64,000 bases of DNA. It comes from Hormiphora californensis (lineage: Eukaryota > Animalia > Ctenophora). The number at the start of each line of letters is the position of its first letter. The first letter of the stretch is position 1. Below the pieces are notes generated by a model. That model worked only from the letters and a program-made list of their open reading frames with translations, had not been told where the DNA came from and searched no databases. The translations under genes were made by a program, and so were the position numbers. Below, piece after piece: positions 39,289-53,611 of this stretch. The stretch is taken from assembly GCA_020137815.1 (NCBI GenBank), contig CM035359.1, forward strand, positions 5,394,001-5,458,000, written 5' to 3'.

Positions 39289-42200
39289 TTAGCTACAAAA
39301 GTATCTGAGGGCAATGTTGCTTGCTGTACGTTCAGGTCTCATCACTATCTGGCCCGTTTCGAGAGTCTCCGTTGTCATGGGATACGTCCCTGGACTTGTT
39401 AAGGGGCAATCTGAAACGTGAATCATGTTGGGAGGTCATATCGTGTTGCAGGGGATCATGTTGGTTACGAAGTTACTCCTTGCCAGCGCATGTGAGGTGT
39501 CTTCGATACCAAGGGATCATGGTTGTTTAGTTTATATAGTATAGAGTCGATCATAATTCAGAACTTAAGAAATGTAACAATGCCCCTCTCCACTATAATA
39601 ATGTCCCCCTGCAGTATCATTCTCCACCATATACATTATCTATATAATCATGCCAATCATGCTAGAGAAAGGCATATATTTAATCTTCGTCTACCATTAT
39701 ATAACATCAATATTATACCCGATACATCTAATTACATAGGGCAAGGATATATATGATTGTATGTACGAATTCATGACAATCGATACTATTATAATACCTA
39801 TATCGACACTACGTCTACAGCTACAGTATGTACCTAGGTTACTGTTGGACTGACCCAATTTTAGACCTTTCCTCGAGCCCTGCCCCAGCCGGTACTGTTG
39901 CTCCCCACTGCAGCTGGAGAAGTTGAATCCTGTTGTTGCCGCGGCGGTGACGTCTGAAATCAGAAGTTATGTGTTTGCACAACAATCGCATTTTAATTGC
40001 ATATATAGTTACATAATCATTGCATAATGGCAACATTGCACAATGCACGTCACGTATATATAGTTCGTGTTATTGTGTTAACACAAACCGATGGGTATGC
40101 TTAATGTTGGGGTAGCATATAATAGTTATATCATGCTGATGCAGTTGCTGTTTGTTGAGTAAGTTGCAGTTGGTTACATATATATCGAACAATGGTGCAT
40201 AATAGGTGCCAAAACTACAGATTAATTGATTTATCCAACACCGTGTATGCATAGATTCGTGACTTTAAGATGCACTTGCCACTTGTGGGGAAGGCTAAGA
40301 GAACACAGTATTACAGTGGTCATCCGACATAATCCGACGAGAAATTCGACCTGGAATGCGCCGCGCATCAGAGAGACGTGCCACATTCCAGGTCGAATTT
40401 CTCGTCGAGCTGTGACAATTATGTCGGATGACCACTGTAACATACCACCGTCCACCATATTAACATTTTTCTTCTAAAACAGGCACTATTTGGGAGCGAC
40501 CGGGTGGTATGTACAGGGTGTTCATGTGGGATCTTTGAAAGCGTTGTGCTTCACCCAGAAAATAGTTGATAAAATTAGCTTATGAAACTTCCGGAGCTTT
40601 AATACCTCTGGAGGTGTATTTTTGGCATCAAAACTACTAGAAGGATTTTTTTGCTAGTGCTGAAACTTTGCTAAAATGTTTTTTTGGGCATTGTCTATTT
40701 CAAATTTAGAGTTTCATGATAATCAGAGGTGTGGTTCAGTCATCAAAAAAAACATAGAAAATACCCAAGTTTCAGCATCAGCAAAAAATTCCTTCTGGTA
40801 GTTTTGGTGCCCAAAAGACACTTCCAGGGGTATTAGTAATTAGAGCTCCGGAAAAACCAGGAACCTTTAATGGGGTATAGAATAGTCCAAGTACGAAGTT
40901 TCATAAGCTAATTTTGTCAACTTTTTAACGCTTATAAAGATCCCACATGAACACCCTGTATTACTGCAGCTAAGAGGGGCCATGAAGCATAGCAGTGCTG
41001 TCGTTTTTACCCTTTTGCTTTTCCTCTGCCAGAGTTTTAACACCCTTCTCAGTGCTGTGTGATTTTGTGGTTAGAAAGGAGCTGGAGGTTACTAACTAAG
41101 TTGGAATATGATGATCAATCAGACCATTTATGATTTTGTTGGGGCTTGAGGAAAGCGTCTTTTGAAGGTACAACATAGCTCTTTATGTGTTCCTACAATT
41201 AGCAATTATTAACCTGAAGTGGGTAGCGTCATGTCACTCTGTCCGTAGCCTTTGCCTTTCCTGGGAAAATATCAATTTTTCTCGCTATTCAGTATGAGTC
41301 TAACAGTATCATACTTATATTCACTATATTATACTGTGTAATACACAATTCCGAAATTCATTTCACAATGAATGCCCCAATGGGATTGTCATTCCTTTTG
41401 TGGCCGCGAGAAGTTCATTTATAAATGAACTTCTATAAATAACAATTTTGTGCAACCTTTAACGCATATACGTTAAACCTCACAGGTGTTTGAACACTCA
41501 CGCCAGCGAATCTGTTTCATCATCTTCCGTGAATCGCGTTCTCTCCATTCGACTCCTGAAAAGTTAAATTTTATAATGTAATTATAATGGCTAACAAATC
41601 ATACTACTTACTAAGCAAATTGTGTAACGGAGGTCACCTAGCAACTACACTTGCACGTGCAATTATTAGAGGGACCTGGAGAGCGGAGACCTCTCTCCCA
41701 GTTGCAGTTGGGTACCAAGGGGAAATTCAATTCTGCACGTGCATTCTTTTACTTCTGTCCTGATGTCTAGCTCTTCCACCCAAAGTGCTATTCGGCAACG
41801 TTTATCTAGGTCCAGGAGAACTGCTGCTGTCAGGGAGCAGGCTAGAGAATATGACAGATTACGCCAACGTGTTCAAGCGAGCCAATCAACGACTACGGAT
41901 AGCTTTACCCAAAGTCGCCCAAGGGTGATTACTCCAGTCGAATATAGAAATCTCCAAATCGGCTACATAGCGGCCAACTTTTCACGTGATGAGTTTCTGG
42001 AACAGCACTGCACCTCCATGACATTGATCTCTTAAATTCGCACCTCGACATTGTCAGGAAGCCCAGAGCGTACACCAACATGAGTAGGGAGAAAGTGAGA
42101 GATAGGCTAGGAACGGATGGTGCAGGTGATGTCAGCGTTCCCTAATCCAGCTATCATTTCCCCGAAATTCGCCCGTAGGGCGAACGGGCCTACTAGTAAT

Positions 42201-44457
42201 AACAAATATTCGCGAATATTCGTAAACTTAAAATTATATGAGGAGAGAGGGTTGAGTAAACTGCAACAAAATATTCGAAAGAGATTAATAAATATGTAAA
42301 TTTTTATCCTTTATTATTCCTCGTAATTAAGTTTTAAATTACCTTCGTTTACATCGAGAGCATCTACAAATAGCTACCTTATCATCGTGCCTATCCCAAA
42401 TGTAGTGGTAAAATAGGAGGCAGGCCAGGAGAATTGTTTGAACTGAGAATGTACTTTGTAAATAAATTCAGTTGCATTCTCTCGAATATATGAACCTATC
42501 CAATGCTCAGCTATACTACAGACAACATATGGTTATCACACATTTAAATCTCGAATATATGAACCTATCCAATGCTCAGCTATACTATTATAGTAATAAC
42601 AGACACGATCTGGTTATAAATCTCATTTAGATTATATATCTGCTAGGAAAACTTACATCCTCCGAGACTGAATAGAATCTTATCAATGGCAGAGGTTCTG
42701 GTACAACAGGAAACCATTCCACGACTATCAGTACAACACCTGTAATTAATCAAACAGTCATAAGTTAACCTAGAAATTAGAAATTTGATTCCGAGAGTGC
42801 TCTATCCAGTTGGAGAGCTTGATAAGAGAAAAGCAAGATAACTCCATTTGTATTTTTTGTTTCGAAAACTTGCTTTTCTCTTTGGCATAAATTAACCTAC
42901 TATTTGAAGATATTGCATTGCAAGATCATTAAATATTGCAACATCCATAGAATAGTTGCTTATCGGTGCACCACCCACAGTCACGTTTGTAACTTATTAA
43001 TTTTGCTGGTGGGGCAGATAAGCATCTGAAGACCTGCATTTATAGTTTACATAACTAGTAGGCCCGTTCGCCCTACGGGCGAATTTCGGGGAAATGGTAG
43101 CTGGATTAGGGAATGCTGACATCACCTGCACCATCCGTTCCTAGCTTATCTCTCACTTTCTCCCTATACTACGTTGTTTTACGCTATGTTGTTGTACGCT
43201 CTGGGCTTCCTGTCAATGTCAAGGTGCGAATTTAAAAAATCAATGTCAGGGAGGTTCAGTGCTGTTACAGAAACTCATCACGTGAAAACTTGGCCGCCAT
43301 GTAGCCAATTCAGAGATTTCTATATTCGATTGGAGTAATCACCGTTGGGTGAGTTAGACATCAGGACAAAAGTAAAAGAATGCACGTGCAGAATTGAATT
43401 TCCCTTAGTACCCAAAACTGCAACTGGGAGTGAGGTTTCTAAGTTGCTCTAATAATTGCACGTGCAGGTGTAGTTGCTAGGTGATGTAGCACTGACAATT
43501 TGAATAGTAAGTAGTATGATGTGGTTTTTTATTGAAAGCTGAGTGAGTGGTATATGTGACCTGTCTAGCGATAATATTGATTAAACATTCATTTCAACAT
43601 AAATCTCTAGATTGATTGCCAGAGCGGCTGTCAGACCAATGCTCTGACACCACGGTTCTCGCGTGCTCTGCAGCTGTCTAATGCTCTGACTAGTGCCTGA
43701 CAGTGTACATATAATAAGGTCCAAATGATTAGATTTTTCCACAACCGTGATCTGCCCGCTGTATGTTGTACAGTAGGGCGTGTATGTGTGAGAGAGACAG
43801 TGAGATTAGCAGCCAGAGAAGATATTACAAATCTTGTTTCGAGGTCCAAATGAGGCACGGAGTTTTTCTGAATCAGCTTTTTCTTTCATCGTTCCAGCTC
43901 TTATAATGTATTTTACCTCGCATTTGCAGGGCAGCACATGCCACTTGTCGAAGAGGTACAACACTGTTCCCCTGGCGAACAGCATCCATCTGCCCACTTT
44001 CCCTCCCTAGACAAATAAGAGAAAAGGGGAGTGCACAAAAATATAAATTAGCGAAAAATTTTCTTCGAAAAATTTTGGCTAATCATTGTTTGCTATTAAT
44101 TGTACCTGCCGATCCTCCAGCAGCAGGTTGACTCTGGCCCGCAGCAACCGTATCCAGGGCAACACTTGTAGGAAGTCCACGAGCACCAGTCATCATCCCC
44201 TGAATTGCATTTTATTTATATATTTTAATATTAACGCTCTTCAACTGCAGCAGAAGATCCAAAAGGGGCCATTTTCTTAATAAAGAAAGCCTTTTACATT
44301 ATACCGGTCCATTATTTGAGCTGGTATATTCGCGATATAATTTAATGTCGTACCAACCTGTTGCTCTTGGACACATGAAACTTTCCTCTTTCTTCGCCTC
44401 GCATTGCCGGAACACCAGCGGTAACAAAAGCAGTGTGATCCACGGCGGTTTAATCAT
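39289..44457 (-). CDS. Uncharacterised type I membrane protein with a CC-pair-rich (granulin-like) ectodomain
   Basis: Exons 44457-44358 (MIKPPWITLLLLPLVFRQCEA signal), 44199-44106, 44006-43917, 42739-42657, 42442-42343 (TM), 41260-41214, 39953-39855, 39410-39289. All are GT-AG with matching phases and no stops. The C-terminal end is less certain (alternative short last exon 39292-39231). Confidence 0.8.
39461..39512. mobile_element. 52-bp TTGGT...ACCAA micro-MITE
   Basis: ttggttacgaag ... cttcgataccaa; exact 9-bp TSD gggatcatg. Confidence 0.8.
40314..40437. mobile_element. Tc1/mariner-like palindromic MITE
   Basis: TA-cagtggtcatccgacataat ... attatgtcggatgaccactg-TA. Confidence 0.8.
40514..40958. 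mobile_element. mariner-like MITE
   Basis: TA-cagggtgttcatgtgggatcttt ... aaagatcccacatgaacaccctg-TA. Confidence 0.85.
41599..42196 (+). mobile_element. Non-autonomous Helitron
   Basis: A|TC start, 3' hairpin ttcgccc-gta-gggcgaa, CTAG|T end, no TSD. Confidence 0.88.
43055..43519 (-). mobile_element. Non-autonomous Helitron, same family, inverted, internally deleted
   Basis: Reverse complement of 41599-42196 with the same A|TC start, hairpin and CTAG|T end. Confidence 0.88.
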
Positions 44458-44776
44458 AATATCGGCTAGTCAAATAACATTTATAGTTTAGGTGGACAGA
44501 AACATAATTGGACAAGATTGTTGTTGGTATGTAGTAGCGAATAGCTCTACGAGTATTTTTCCGGTCTCAAAAGATGCCTCTATTGCTAAGATATTTTTGA
44601 TACAACGGTGGCAACTGGCAATTCTCATTTTTAACAATTTGCCGGAAGTGTGTAGCTACTACAGGATTAATTCCAGCCAGTTTCATTTTCGAACAACGCA
44701 TTTTCCTCAATCTGTGTACTTTAACGAGCTAGCTGTTACAGAGAAAATCAGGATGTATACAACGGAGAGTCTACTG

Positions 44777-44870
<94 letters not shown>

Positions 44871-45493
44871 CTCTTTCTAATTTATGCTAATAGGTGTGAG
44901 AGGAACACTGGCACACTGACGACTGCATCGGCCGTATCAAACGGGCAACTGTAAGATAAACAACAATTTAGCAGTAAATACTAAGAATAGGAAGCTTTCG
45001 GCTGAACCACCACAAGGGGCTGACCAGCGAGCAATATCAGTTGTAGGTGTTCTGTGGCTTCACTAAAACCTTCCAAACAATCGTTATATGGGAGGGGTAG
45101 GCAGGAGCAATAAGCATAATTGTGTACCGCACTAGACAGATGTATAGACAATATACTATGGTGGACAAGTGCAGTGGCCCCCTGTGTTTTACAGACAAAA
45201 GATCTTCCTTGCAGTGGCATCCTGTTGTAGATATACAACTCATACACGTAGAGAGCTGCAACCTATTATAGGGAATTACATATAGTTTGTATGCGATAAG
45301 CAAGACTGAGAGATGGCATAAATTGAACTCATATATGATATGGTAGATAGGTTAGAGATTTGGTAGTAGAAAGAGAAGGAAGTGAATAACTGGAAATGAT
45401 CTCACACAAATTCATTTACTGTTTAAGACATCTATCTCGTATAACACATGGAAAACATTTGCTTGAAATTAGTACAAAATGAGCCTAAGCATG

Positions 45494-45571
45494 TTGGTGA
45501 CGCAGTTACCCTTTCAAATCCTGCGCATAGTGCAGCAAAACGAAGCCTGTGAGAGGTGACGGCGCCACCAA
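45494..45571. mobile_element. TTGGT...ACCAA micro-MITE (homologue of 12853-12940)
   Basis: ttggtgacgcagttaccc ... gaggtgacggcgccaccaa; gcctaagca on both sides (left copy offset by 2 nt). Confidence 0.7.
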
Positions 45572-45799
45572 GCCTAAGCAAAGTGCATGGTATAAAGAAT
45601 CTTGGTGTAATACATACACCCTTGTCTGTGAAGGGATCAGCTGTGAGGAAAGGTCGTATACACTGATTGAATATACAAATTGTACACACTGCAGCTTTAC
45701 AGAGGGCATGTAAATAGAGGAGCAAGGTCGAAGCTCTGAGCTGCTTTATATTTACATCTAGAAGCTGAATTCTTTAGTTAACCAATACAAATTATAGAG

Positions 45800-45897
<98 letters not shown>

Positions 45898-46392
45898 GAG
45901 AGAAAGAGAGAAAGAGAGAAAGAGAGAAAGAGAGAAAGAGAGAAGAGAGAAGAGAGAAATGATAGATAAAGATGAATTACCGGCGATGATGTTATAATAT
46001 TAAACTTTAGCCGATGCCGGAGAAGAAGATAGCGGAAATCTGAAGGTAGAATTACTACCGTTGGTGGGACTCACATAGAATATTTTCTTCTTCTTTTTCT
46101 AAACAGTGAAGTCAAAGAGCAGCTATGGCAATTGGCATATGGTACCTGGAGAGAGAGATAGAGAGAGAGTTTCGTCAACATTCCTATTATTCTAGCACAC
46201 ACACACACACACTCAACACGCATTAAACAACAAGATGATCAACTAACTAACTTGTACGCACACACACGAATACCGAGGTGATTGACTGGAAAAGCGGAAA
46301 TGGGTGATGGAAAATTAAATTGGATCAGAATTTGTTGAGTACTTAGAATTGAGATTCAACTTCAATCAATGATTGAGTCAATCATATTATAC

Positions 46393-46556
46393 TAAAGACG
46401 GATTTTTTGAAGTTGTCACCACCCCCCCCCCCTTTTCGTGCACGGAATGTTTTTGCAGCGTCACATCACATGTTAACGTGTGGTGTGCGCGTCAAAATTG
46501 ATAAATTTCACATCGGCGGTCATTTGGGGTTGACAACTTCAAAAAATCCGACTTTA
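46393..46556. mobile_element. MITE-like inverted repeat
   Basis: taaagacggattttttgaagttgtca ... tgacaacttcaaaaaatccgacttta. Confidence 0.65.
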
Positions 46557-46757
46557 TATTATTATTAGTGAATAGCCATAAGTTAAGAAATGAGAGTTTA
46601 TGAATGCTTACGGTTACATATTAGTAATACACACCGATCACCATGGATAAATGAGCAATGATATTTAATATTTGTATTTGTATGGGTTTCTTCGTGAAGA
46701 TCAAAATTTGATTGAATACGCAGACATCTGCTTCTCTCTCTGTCTCTCTGTCTCTCT

Positions 46758-46852
<95 letters not shown>

Positions 46853-48923
46853 TCTCCCTGTCTCTGTCTCTCTCTCTCTCTCTGTCTCTCTTTCACTCTC
46901 TCTATCTCTATCTCTATCTCTCTCTATCTGCTTTTAGTCACGTTCATAGAAACTCCCTCTTTCAATTCTTCCAGGGACTGCAGCACGTCACACACGCACA
47001 CTTGCTCACAACTTAGTACTTACAGTGAAGTCGGAATTACGAGTGTTTTCAGTCGGACCCCATTTACCGACCCCCGATATATCGGACGAATGAATTTCCA
47101 CCATTGTGGCATTTTATATGAAATAGAATCTCTAATCTATACATATTTCATTAAAACGTTAGGACCACGTGAACTGATTATAAACACCTGTTGCCTTTTC
47201 TTTTGTTTAGTTCCTCAATCCTCACACCTCAATTATAGAGTTCCTCATTCCCGTCCTATAGTTATAATATAATAATACTCTAGAGGAAAAGCTATATTGC
47301 TCGTTTATGTGACACTTCTTATCTTATAATTTGGAAGTATCGAGTCATCAAAACCGTTCCTTATAAGACATTTGCTAGGCAACGAGTTCGGTGCTTCTTT
47401 ATAAAATGTTATACATCAAAATGTTATGCATCAAAAGCAGTGAAGCTGTTTTCAAATGAATTTTAATTTGGTTTTTTATCTGGCTTTTTTTGATATGGCT
47501 TTTGTGGCTTGAAATTATCTAATTGGTGGAAATGTGAGACCCTACTACAAATTTGGGTATGATATCCCCCCTTCTTCTATCCTCCTGCGCTGTCTCTCTC
47601 AAATGTACCCTACTACAAATTGATCTGGCTTTTTTGGCCTTGTGGGGCAAGGCTCCCCCACATAATACTGAAGGGGTATTTAAGCTATTCGGTACAATTG
47701 ATGTCACAGTAAACCTAACTCCCATGTCTTCCAACGAAAGATTTCTGTCTGTAACTAGGTGGATAGTTATCCGATTCAGCATAATATAACACTAGCGTAC
47801 AATATGCCAACCAGTGCATGGTTAAACAAAGCCTGATAACTACAATTTGCTATATAAATTCTCTCTTGTAATACAGCTCCCTACGCGATACTGATTCAGC
47901 TGGCACCATGCAGCTCACTCCAAACCATGTGATTTTTCTTTGTGCTGAGGTAACTCACCGTGACCCCCAGTAACCCCGCAACTAGTATGTGACAGGTGCA
48001 GTGAGGATGATCAGTCACGGGAGAAACTACTGTCAGCTAAACAGCTGTCTGTGAAGTTTATAATGCTAGGGAGTATATTCTTTGAGCCCGCCCGATCATT
48101 CGACCATCAAAAGTCACTAAAAGTGGGTCTCTATAAGCTTCCAGATCTGTCTATATTACTAACAAATAATTTGATGGCTATAAAAGATGGATTTAATTTG
48201 ACCTCAAAGAAACAACAATTTTAGTAAATAATTAATGAGGTGCTCGATCTGCCCCCCCCCCCTTACTAGGAGAAACTACTGTCACGGCTTCTTACTAGGA
48301 GAAACTACTGTCACGCGGTATATCTTGCTGATGGTTCCTCCTCCTCCATCTGACACACTGCCTATATAATTTCCTCTTAGAGTGACGCATGCTAAATTAC
48401 TTCCCCTCGATCTTACAACCAATCAGCAGAGATTCTATTAGAGATTCTAAGATTGCACGAGTTAAAGTCCTAATTAGGGGCGAATATTCTGAAACTTTAG
48501 ATATTTCTTCTACGCAGTCAAATGTGACAGTCCAATTTTCATCTTCCTCGAAACCTCAACTACCTAACGCATGTCTTAAAACTTAAGTTTGCATATTTTC
48601 CCGGCTCCGATGCCTTTTGCAAACGGCATTATAGGTGATTAACGTTAGGATTATAATTATCTTTGTAGCCTGCCACCAGTTGAAGATCTTACAACACCTG
48701 TTTGGAGATACCTTGTTTAGTAAGTACTATCCTCTTATCTCACAAGAGATACTATCAGGGTGGTCACGTATAATAACGGCCATACACCCGGTCTGTCGCT
48801 AAAAATAACCAATAGCGTACTGTTAGCAATAAGTGACAAGTTATATAAGTAGGCTAAGTAGTTCTTTTTCCCATACTACCTTTGTTCATTTCTCTCTCTC
48901 TCTCTCACTCTCTCTCTCTCGCT

Positions 48924-49061
<138 letters not shown>

Positions 49062-50261
49062 TACATATGAGCCCCCTGCCGAGAAATATAGTACTTTTCT
49101 TAGCAATGTTTAACATTACCTCTTCTGTCTTATAATGACGTCAGAAAAACCAGCAACTGTCACTTTGCTTTTGTTCTCAATCAATAAATTTTGATTTTAG
49201 TTTTCTGTTCTCGATCCTGTTTTTTGCAGTGAATTTGTTTCCTAAAACATCTAGATACATAATGGTACTAAATTTACAGAATTGTTTAGAAATCTGTGTT
49301 TCTCTTCTTCATCCAAGAAGAAATAAGAATCAAGAAAATATGTTTTAGATTAAGTAGATTGACGTTTCTGTTTGCCAGGTGGATGCTTCGACACAATAGT
49401 ATTCTTTATAAACAAAGGGAGAAAGATAGACAGAGATGGAAACAGAGATAGAGTGATAAAGGATGGAGAGAAAAAAAAAAGGAATATAAGGAATATTATG
49501 TGAAAGACATAAAAACCAGATGCCAGATGGTGCGATCAATCTCACTTTTTTTCACAGAGTATATTCCAGGCCTGCTAGAATTTTTCAAACCTGCTCAGTG
49601 CTCGTGCTAAATTGTGTTAACCCAACCGAAAATAGAGAGTTTACCTAATCTAAAAAATACTTTATTGATTCTTATTTCTTATTGGTTCACCTCTCTTTAA
49701 ATAATATAGTTTGCCCCGAATGTTCTTGATCTTTGTTCACACAGCAACAATTTGATCAGTATCTATCACACTTAGATGTTAAATATCGCGTTATGAGAGC
49801 TTCTCAGGAGACGATTTGAAGAAGATACTGAGATTAAATCGGTTTAAGCAATTTTAGAGGGGGTGAGACACATTGAATGAGAGAGGGAGACATAGAGAGA
49901 GGGGAGAGAGAGAGAGAGATATATATAGAGAGATAGAGAGAGAAACAGAGAGGGACAGAAAGAGACAAAGAGATTTAGTAGACTATCATTGGTTTTGCAA
50001 TATGCCACACGCATTCTCTTTTATGTCTATATGTCAAATGATTAATGGGCAATGGCTTATACTCGTCGTATATTCTTTCTGTTGTCGTCATCGATGCACA
50101 AATTTAATTGCCAAAGTAAATGAATTCAGTGTCTATGAGAGTATTTAAATAGTAATTATACAATATGTTATTATATGATATTATTCTTGACAGCATTGGG
50201 GTTTCTAAAAATGATAGTAATCATTGGCGGTATGCTCAATAGTTTTACATCTGAATCAATA

Positions 50262-50432
50262 CAGTTGGACCCCGATTTAGGGGACCCCGATTTAGTGGCA
50301 CCCCGATTTAGGGACAGGATTTTTTTCCCCGATATAGGAAATTAACCTTATTTGACCCCGATTTAGTGGACACCCCGATTTAGTGGACAAGAGCCTTTCC
50401 CCCGAGGGTGTCCCTAAATCGGGGTCCGACTG
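50262..50432. mobile_element. pogo-like MITE
   Basis: TA-cagttggaccccgatttaggg ... ccctaaatcggggtccgactg-TA. Confidence 0.9.
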
Positions 50433-50887
50433 TAGTAGGAAGTAATTTTAATATCTTCTTCTGTGAGAGAAAAATGAACTAAAGGTCATCCATCTGATTC
50501 ATGCGTATGCATGCGCTTCAATCTTTTGACAATTTGGCATGTTTCATATCTCATTTTCAATTCTCAATAGTTCTACATATATCTGAATAGTAAGGGATGA
50601 ACATCAGCTGATTCATATACTATGTGCTACATACTTTCTTCATACAGTAGTACAGCTAGAAGTACTTTTGACAGTTTTAATATATATGCAACCCTCATAT
50701 TATATGATAGGGGACAGGTAGGACACATGACATGTAGAGATAGGTATGAATGGGAAAGAGAGAAAGGGACGGAGGACGAGATAGTGTTAGCGATAGAGAG
50801 AGGGAGACAGATAGAGTAGAAGATTGCCGGTTCTCTAAAATAAGTTCCACCTATGAACCTACTTGGGCACTGGTATAGATATTATTA

Positions 50888-51669
50888 GGGTAAACCGGGG
50901 CAATTCGAACAACCGGGGCAATTCGAACATAGTACTACTGCCCGTCTCTCACCTAGTTAAGCTATCATAATGACGTCATCCTATCTCCAGAAGAAAACTG
51001 CTCGTTCGAGCCTGCCCGTTACCACTAAATAGGCTCTAGATCCGGTTTAAGTTGGTCAATTTCCGATTTGAAAAAACCAGCTGAAAGCTAATAATATCAG
51101 CTTTCAGATGGTATAAAAATTATTTAAATATTCGCATGTTTTCATTCCAAATTCTGGTAAATTAAGATTACCGGGGCAATTCGAACAACCGGGGCAATTC
51201 GAACATGGGCAATTTGGTTAACACACCGGGGCAATTTGGTTAACTCCCGGGCCAATGATGTGCAGTTCTTTGTACCACGTGATCACGCGTGATACCGGGG
51301 CAATTCGAACAAGAACGACCAGCGTGTAGATTGCGTGTAGATTACATTGTTCGAATTGCCCCCACCTCTAACAACACCAGGCGGGAATCTTCTTCTGGTG
51401 TTGTGAGGACGTTCACGTGACTCCCACGTGACGAAATAAAGCACTCCTATTGGTGTTGTCCGAATTGCCCCGGTACCATTTTTTCCGACCAAAATTTTTA
51501 AATTAGTTATTTAGTTAAGTAAATGATGGTCCCTAGAGTTGAAATTTATCTTATTTGAAAGATAAAATAATGAACTTTAATCCTATATAATTTTTTTCAT
51601 TGTATCTTTTTTTAAATGGGAGTGAGAACCGATTAAGTAAAAAGTTAACCATTTTGCCCCGGTTTACCC
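50888..51669. mobile_element. TA-flanked non-autonomous DNA transposon
   Basis: TA-gggtaaaccggggcaa ... ttgccccggtttaccc-TA, with internal accggggcaattcgaac repeats in both orientations. Confidence 0.8.
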
Positions 51670-51882
51670 TATAGAAGATCCTTTTAGTCCTTTTAGAGTA
51701 GTTTGGGGAGCTCAAATATATATTATGAACATCGAACGGGTTCAACGATATTATATATGCCGTGACGTCCTTCTCCTTATTTCTCATTTTCTTTCTGCTT
51801 ATCTCTCATCATTGCAGTGTCCAGTCCGTCCGGATAGGATTGATTATTGAGTCCATCGTGTATCGCTTACTGGGAGAGAGAT

Positions 51883-51990
<108 letters not shown>

Positions 51991-53611
51991 ATCGAGAGTC
52001 ATAGGCAGAGCGAGAGAGTGAGGGGGAGAGAGAGGGAGAGAGAGTGAGAGGGGGAGAGAGTGGGGGGAAGAGAGAGTGGGAGACTGGGAGAGAAAGAGAG
52101 ATCAGGATGAGAGAGATTTTCTCAGGCATCGCGACTGTCGAATGCATTGGCATTTCGTTCAATGCATGGTGCCATTATAGTCTGAAGTAAGATGGTAGGA
52201 AGAGAGGGAGAGATATTACCACAGTGGGAGGTTGACTGGTACATGGCGACAACAACACGCAGGAATCAACCCCTTACCAGTATGAGGTGTATTATAATGC
52301 TACTCGTGTCTAAGTTTAGATTAGTTTCTATAAATATAAATAGTTCTAGATAAATACAGTTGGTGTTGAAAACTTACCTTTTTGAAACTTTTGTTTTGAG
52401 ATCTTTCTTTTCAGGCTTCGAAACTTTAGTTGTGGTTGATTATACATTACGATATTATACGTCTAATGGATTTATTGACTATTGAGGACAAGAGAGACTA
52501 TATATGAATTAAGTGACTTGCCTTTGAAATATATTTTAGCATTTCAGCTAATTATCATAATAGCATATTACCATGGCAAGAGAAAGCTAGTGAATTCTTG
52601 TATTTAATGTTACACCTGGCTTTCATTATGGCATACTGACATTGGTGACCACCATCAAAATCAGACACCGGCCTAGGATTATATCATTCAGCCCTCAATT
52701 TAAAGGACCCATCAGGATTGCAGGATACATAAACAGTATTTCTAGGGAAATTTATTCGAGGTTCCGGTAAATCGAGCTAGGTTTGGCTGTAGCTGCTACG
52801 TATGTGGTTCTGTGAATTGGCTCTTAGAGTTACAACAAGAATAACTGCATTATGTTTCATAATGCTATGTTTCCCCGTCAACCTTTATTTTCATAACCAT
52901 CTAATGTGAAGGCGGGACAGACATTTCCGATCATTTATGAATCACTCGAACCTTATAGAACAAATCTTTGTGTTTTAGTAGCACTAAATTGCGTGCCACA
53001 TTACGCGGCTCACATTTCCTGAAAACGTGCCATTGAAGTATTTGATGAAGGAGCAACACTGTTGTCCCTCGCAACTGAGCGGGTTACGTTACAAAAAAGC
53101 GTGACACTTCACTAGTATGTAAAATTTTCGAATTCTAAACCCCTATGCCTTTTTACAAAAGGCATCCGGGTACAAAAATAACATCAATGTAATTTGAAAA
53201 GGCATTGCTCTGAGGCAGGGAAAGGGAGTTTGATTGATTTTTTTCCTTCTTCTTCACGGCCTCAGCGATTTTTTAATCGAGACAAAAGCATCCAGTCTTC
53301 TGGGCGCTGCCCTATCCCACTTTAACTTGCTATCTAACCTCCTTTTAATTTTAGATTTCTTAGCGTACTTGTATTATTAGTCCATCTTGTTCTGTCTGGC
53401 GCCGCGACCCATCTGAGCGCACTGTCGATTTTGAGAATCAAATGGGGTATGGCGCCGCCATACAGATCTTGTTATATTCTAACATTAGAGGGCCGAGCAA
53501 GGCAAGCCCCATCTTTGAGCTGTGAGACACGCAAACTGTTAATCTATTTTGATAGTCCTGAAACTGGATATTTTTATTTTATTGCCACTTTGCAGCGTGT
53601 ATTAGTAAGTC

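Noticed and set aside
45981-46145. Minus-strand exon-like pieces with an in-frame TGA (possible selenocysteine)
   Set aside because: No recognisable protein or SECIS; more likely 5' UTR exons of the Cys-rich gene, or chance.
52192-53446. Extra N-terminal coding exons for the GPCR (52192-52286, 53355-53446)
   Set aside because: In-frame stops lie just before ATG 53612, which already gives an N-glycosylated N-terminus and TM1. These are at most UTR exons or uORFs.
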